A stretch of 64,000 bases of DNA, taken from a virus. The notes beneath the pieces are model-generated. The model made no database searches. It was given only the letters and a program-made list of their open reading frames with translations, and was not told the origin of the DNA. The first letter of the stretch is position 1. The number at the start of each line of letters is the position of its first letter. The stretch covers positions 1 to 64,000 of the IMG/VR virus record IMGVR_UViG_3300047564_003078; one strand, written 5' to 3'. Made by a program: the position numbers and the translations under genes. Shown piece after piece: positions 60,919 to 64,000 of the stretch.

Positions 60919-61701
60919 ATGAATTTCATATGTGTAGAACGATCAGGCAATGACTATGGCATCCATGACTTGTGTCGCGGATCCGGTGGAGTGTTTGTTG
61001 ATGTGGGGACCATGCTGGCGGATACAGTACATGATCGTGCTTGGGCAGGCTGTTACAAGCGTGGTCTACATGATCATTGTACTGCTCATGGGTTATCATT
61101 TTACAACACAGACAGTGCATACTTCGGAGATTCGGGCAAGCACAAGAGTTTGTTTAGACTCAGCCGGAACAGTTATCAAAACTTGAATACTATAGTCTGT
61201 AGACCCTTGGCGAGGTTAGAACGTTTGAGTGTGGATACTACAGTAATACCACAAGGTAGTAGTATAGTGTTGGTACCGCCGGATGAGAAAGCCTGTCATA
61301 GATGGGATTTAGGATCACAAGCGTCGTGGATTGAGAACACTTGTGCGGAGATCCAGCGTTACAGTTCAAGACCAATACGTGTAAGACAGCGTCCTACGCA
61401 TCGTTGTGATAGATTGATTTGGAACAGTTTTGTGGATTACCTGCGTGAGGATGCATTTTGTGTAGTTGGCTACAGTAGTGTAGCATTAGTAGAGGCAGCA
61501 CGACATAGTATCCCTGTGGTAGCATTGGGTGAGAGTGCAGTGTCCAGTTTGTATACTTGTGGTTTGGAGTCAGTGGAAGATCTCCGTCCAGCAGAACAGG
61601 ATCACCAGACTGCTTGGCTAGCACATCTCAGTTATTCGCAGTTTGATCGATCGGAGTTGCGGTCAGGTTATGCTTGGGCTGTGATATCAGGGCAGATCTA
61701 G
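60919..61701 (+). CDS. KpsS/KpsC-like GT-B glycosyltransferase, paralog of 28439-29251
   Basis: DSAYF, LVPP, RVRQRP, VGYSSVALVEA, HLSYSQF...SGYAW. Confidence 0.6.
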   Translation: MNFICVERSGNDYGIHDLCRGSGGVFVDVGTMLADTVHDRAWAGCYKRGLHDHCTAHGLSFYNTDSAYFGDSGKHKSLFRLSRNSYQNLNTIVCRPLARLERLSVDTTVIPQGSSIVLVPPDEKACHRWDLGSQASWIENTCAEIQRYSSRPIRVRQRPTHRCDRLIWNSFVDYLREDAFCVVGYSSVALVEAARHSIPVVALGESAVSSLYTCGLESVEDLRPAEQDHQTAWLAHLSYSQFDRSELRSGYAWAVISGQI

Positions 61702-61845
61702 TTGTTGTACTAGACTTTCCAGCATAGCATTGTTGCGGCTAGTGGTGATGAGGTTGCTCACGGCCAAAGCAAAGTTGATCAGTATCAGAGCAGGAAATAT
61801 CAATCGCAGGAGTGGTTTCATCGGGTATTTAGCACTAAATATTTC

Positions 61846-62718
61846 GTGGCTACTGCATTATTACACAAAGATGATTTACACACTGTATCCCCGGAGGATA
61901 CTAGTGTAACAGTGTTTTGGTTTGAAGAACTTGCACACAGGAATAATTTGCGTTTGCCTTCTGAGTACCAGTATTGGAATGGCTGTCGTCCTTGGCACAC
62001 TTGTGGCGGCGTGGGTTATCTCTACTATCTATGGATCAGTGCAGTGTTTGACACTGTGGTACCCGAACCCGAACGGCATTTTGTTTGTATGAATCACAAT
62101 CCCAGACCACACAGAATCCAGTTCTTGGATCTACTGTGGGAGGAGGGTTTGTTTGGGTATGCTACAGTGAGTTTCCCAGAGAGTGTGCGGTCACCGTGGC
62201 GTGAGCATACTGTGCCTTGGTTGGGGAGTAACCTGGGTCCTACGAGTGTATTGCCAGTGTTGGCACCACCTGTAGAGACATTTGGCACTGTAGCGTTTAG
62301 TTTGATAACAGAAACCAACACTGAACTGTTTGACATTTCGGAGAAGACATTTCAGTGTTTGAGTGTGGCTCAGCCGTTTCTGGTGTGGGGTTGTGCTGGA
62401 GTGCAAGCTTGGCTACGAGACAGAGGCTTTAGAGATCTACCTGGAGTAGACTACAGCTACGACAGCATCCGGGATACCGATCATAGACGGCGAGCTCTTG
62501 TTGCAGAAGTCCGACGTTTGACCGAGCAGGATCCAGTTGAACTCAGTGCTGCTTGGAGACCGACTGCCCTGTACAATCAAAGTCTGTATCGTCGTTATCA
62601 TCGTCGTTTGCGATTGCCTTTTGAATCCAGTTATGATCGTGTTGGACCCTGGGCACAGCGTCAAATCGATTCGTTGCTGAAGTTGCAAAGAGATTATCTG
62701 TTGTATCAGAACACCTAA
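61846..62718 (+). CDS. Putative glycosyltransferase-like protein
   Basis: N.PRPHR, LITET, ISEKT, QPFLVWG, GF...DYSYD. Confidence 0.5.
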   Translation: MATALLHKDDLHTVSPEDTSVTVFWFEELAHRNNLRLPSEYQYWNGCRPWHTCGGVGYLYYLWISAVFDTVVPEPERHFVCMNHNPRPHRIQFLDLLWEEGLFGYATVSFPESVRSPWREHTVPWLGSNLGPTSVLPVLAPPVETFGTVAFSLITETNTELFDISEKTFQCLSVAQPFLVWGCAGVQAWLRDRGFRDLPGVDYSYDSIRDTDHRRRALVAEVRRLTEQDPVELSAAWRPTALYNQSLYRRYHRRLRLPFESSYDRVGPWAQRQIDSLLKLQRDYLLYQNT

Positions 62719-62747
62719 CTGCCGCAATTGTACCTGTTAAATATTCA

Positions 62748-63455
62748 GTGCAGATTCATATATTAGATACACCTCGTTGTAGACCCAATCGTGCAGTGGA
62801 GCCTGTGCTGGTTCGTGTACCGGAATTGTTCAATACGGTGGACACTGGTGTGTTGGATCGGTTGGGTATAGTTTATCGTACACAAGAGATACCCAGCAGT
62901 GTATTTTGGTATCGCAGTTATCAGCCTCCGTTGGGTCCGGCTCAGCGTTGGTCTGTGAGTTTTCTATCAGAACCTTGGCAGGCGTTGATGCCTGTGTTGT
63001 ATCATGCGGGCTTTGATGCGGGTTACAGTTCACCTTGGCCCACAGTGGGCTGGCGTAAACCCAATCGCGATATCGCCACTGTGGGCAGCATATACCTAAC
63101 TGACGTTGAAGGATTCTCGGGCAGTCTATGGGGACAATTGGCTGCTGGCACGCCTGTGGAGCCAGTGCAAGCATCAGTGAGATCCAGTTTGAGGGATTGG
63201 GGATTTGAATTGTATCTTGCTGGCGATCCTCCTGAAGACAGCGTGGGTTGTGCAGAATGGTTGTTGAACTCGGATACACAGATCTGTGCGGATATAATAG
63301 ATCAAAGACGTGATCGTGCTAGACTGTTGATACAGGCGGCGTTGACGGATCTGTTCCAGGATCCTGTGCCGATTTGGGCTGGCCATCTACGGCAGTTGCA
63401 GCAGGAGATTCGTTGTCATGCACAATCGTGGGGATTCTCGGTGCCAAAGGTTTGA
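62748..63455 (+). CDS. Hypothetical protein
   Basis: TAAATA-N4-GTG. Confidence 0.45.
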   Translation: MQIHILDTPRCRPNRAVEPVLVRVPELFNTVDTGVLDRLGIVYRTQEIPSSVFWYRSYQPPLGPAQRWSVSFLSEPWQALMPVLYHAGFDAGYSSPWPTVGWRKPNRDIATVGSIYLTDVEGFSGSLWGQLAAGTPVEPVQASVRSSLRDWGFELYLAGDPPEDSVGCAEWLLNSDTQICADIIDQRRDRARLLIQAALTDLFQDPVPIWAGHLRQLQQEIRCHAQSWGFSVPKV

Positions 63456-63732
63456 ACTCTGGGCCACGCACACGATTGATTAGATCATACAATTCCTGTC
63501 GCAGCGGCACACCTAGGTTGTCTAGATGATAGGCAGCTTCCAGTAGAGCTGCCATTATTTCCGGTGCTGCGGTGATAAGGTGTAGATTGGCTTCGCGTTG
63601 TTCAAATGGTATTGCACCCGACTTAGGCACAGTAGCAATCAAACGATCTGTTTGATCCACCACTTGCCCTCTTCCCCGATTCATGATTCTCCACGGAGGT
63701 TGTGTGAAGCGTAATTTCTTTACGAATAACAT
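63319..63732 (-). CDS. Hypothetical protein (PPW...EANLHLITAAPE motif)
   Basis: TAAATA-N5-ATG; recurrent phage motif. Confidence 0.5.
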   Translation of the reverse strand: MLFVKKLRFTQPPWRIMNRGRGQVVDQTDRLIATVPKSGAIPFEQREANLHLITAAPEIMAALLEAAYHLDNLGVPLRQELYDLINRVRGPEFKPLAPRIPTIVHDNESPAATAVDGQPKSAQDPGTDPSTPPVSTV

Positions 63733-63781
63733 GTGAATATTTAACCAATAAATATCTATACGTAATCAAAGGAGAACTCCC

Positions 63782-63961
63782 ATGAGCAGTCTAAGCAAAA
63801 TCACACTAGATCTAGAACTCGGTCAAACTATCCTAGTAGGAAAGAACAACGAGCCAGCCACTATTACCAAGATTGAGTATTTTGAAAAGTCTGGCGAGGT
63901 AAGTTTGAATACCACTAGAGGTCCAAGAAAGGCTTTGACCTTTCGTATCCCTGCGGAATAA
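63782..63961 (+). CDS. 59-aa late protein (not in ORF track)
   Basis: TAAATA at 63749, AAGGAG SD; MSSLSKITLDLELGQTILVGK. Confidence 0.6.
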   Translation: MSSLSKITLDLELGQTILVGKNNEPATITKIEYFEKSGEVSLNTTRGPRKALTFRIPAE

Positions 63962-64000
63962 TTTTATAACAAACTGCATATCAGATAGTTGCATACGATA

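Overview
The window is part of a large, apparently lytic T4-like (myovirus-type) bacteriophage genome. The host is most likely an alphaproteobacterium, since early promoters match CTTGAC-N17-CTATAT. Positions 1-48.9 kb are an AT-rich core. It holds tail and neck genes (gp15, gp14, gp13, gp18, gp19, gp4), terminase, recombination-dependent replication genes (gp32, uvsX, uvsY, uvsW, primase, helicase) and a 189-aa DnaE-like polymerase core. Mixed in is an unusually complete glycan pathway: kdsA, kdsB, UDP-glucose dehydrogenase, an epimerase, GT-A and KpsS/KpsC-like GT-B glycosyltransferases, FkbM methyltransferases, a carbamoyltransferase and a 1500-aa protein built of 13 GT-like repeats. Positions ~50.5-60 kb are a GC-rich early module of short minus-strand genes, driven by 15 near-identical promoter/leader cassettes and carrying tRNA-Arg(UCU), -Ile2(CAU) and -Leu(UAA). 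This module is bracketed by inverted arrays of 22-bp repeats. It ends in a dense non-coding control region with a divergent promoter, five parS-like palindromes, a CCA tract and IHF-like boxes. The most notable signals are the putative phage-encoded Kdo glycosylation system (including an A10 slippage site that would fuse two glycosyltransferases), the repeat-bounded early module (possible collapsed terminal repeat or origin) and systematic TAAATA-N5-ATG leaderless late genes. All functional calls come from motif recognition by eye; no database search was run.
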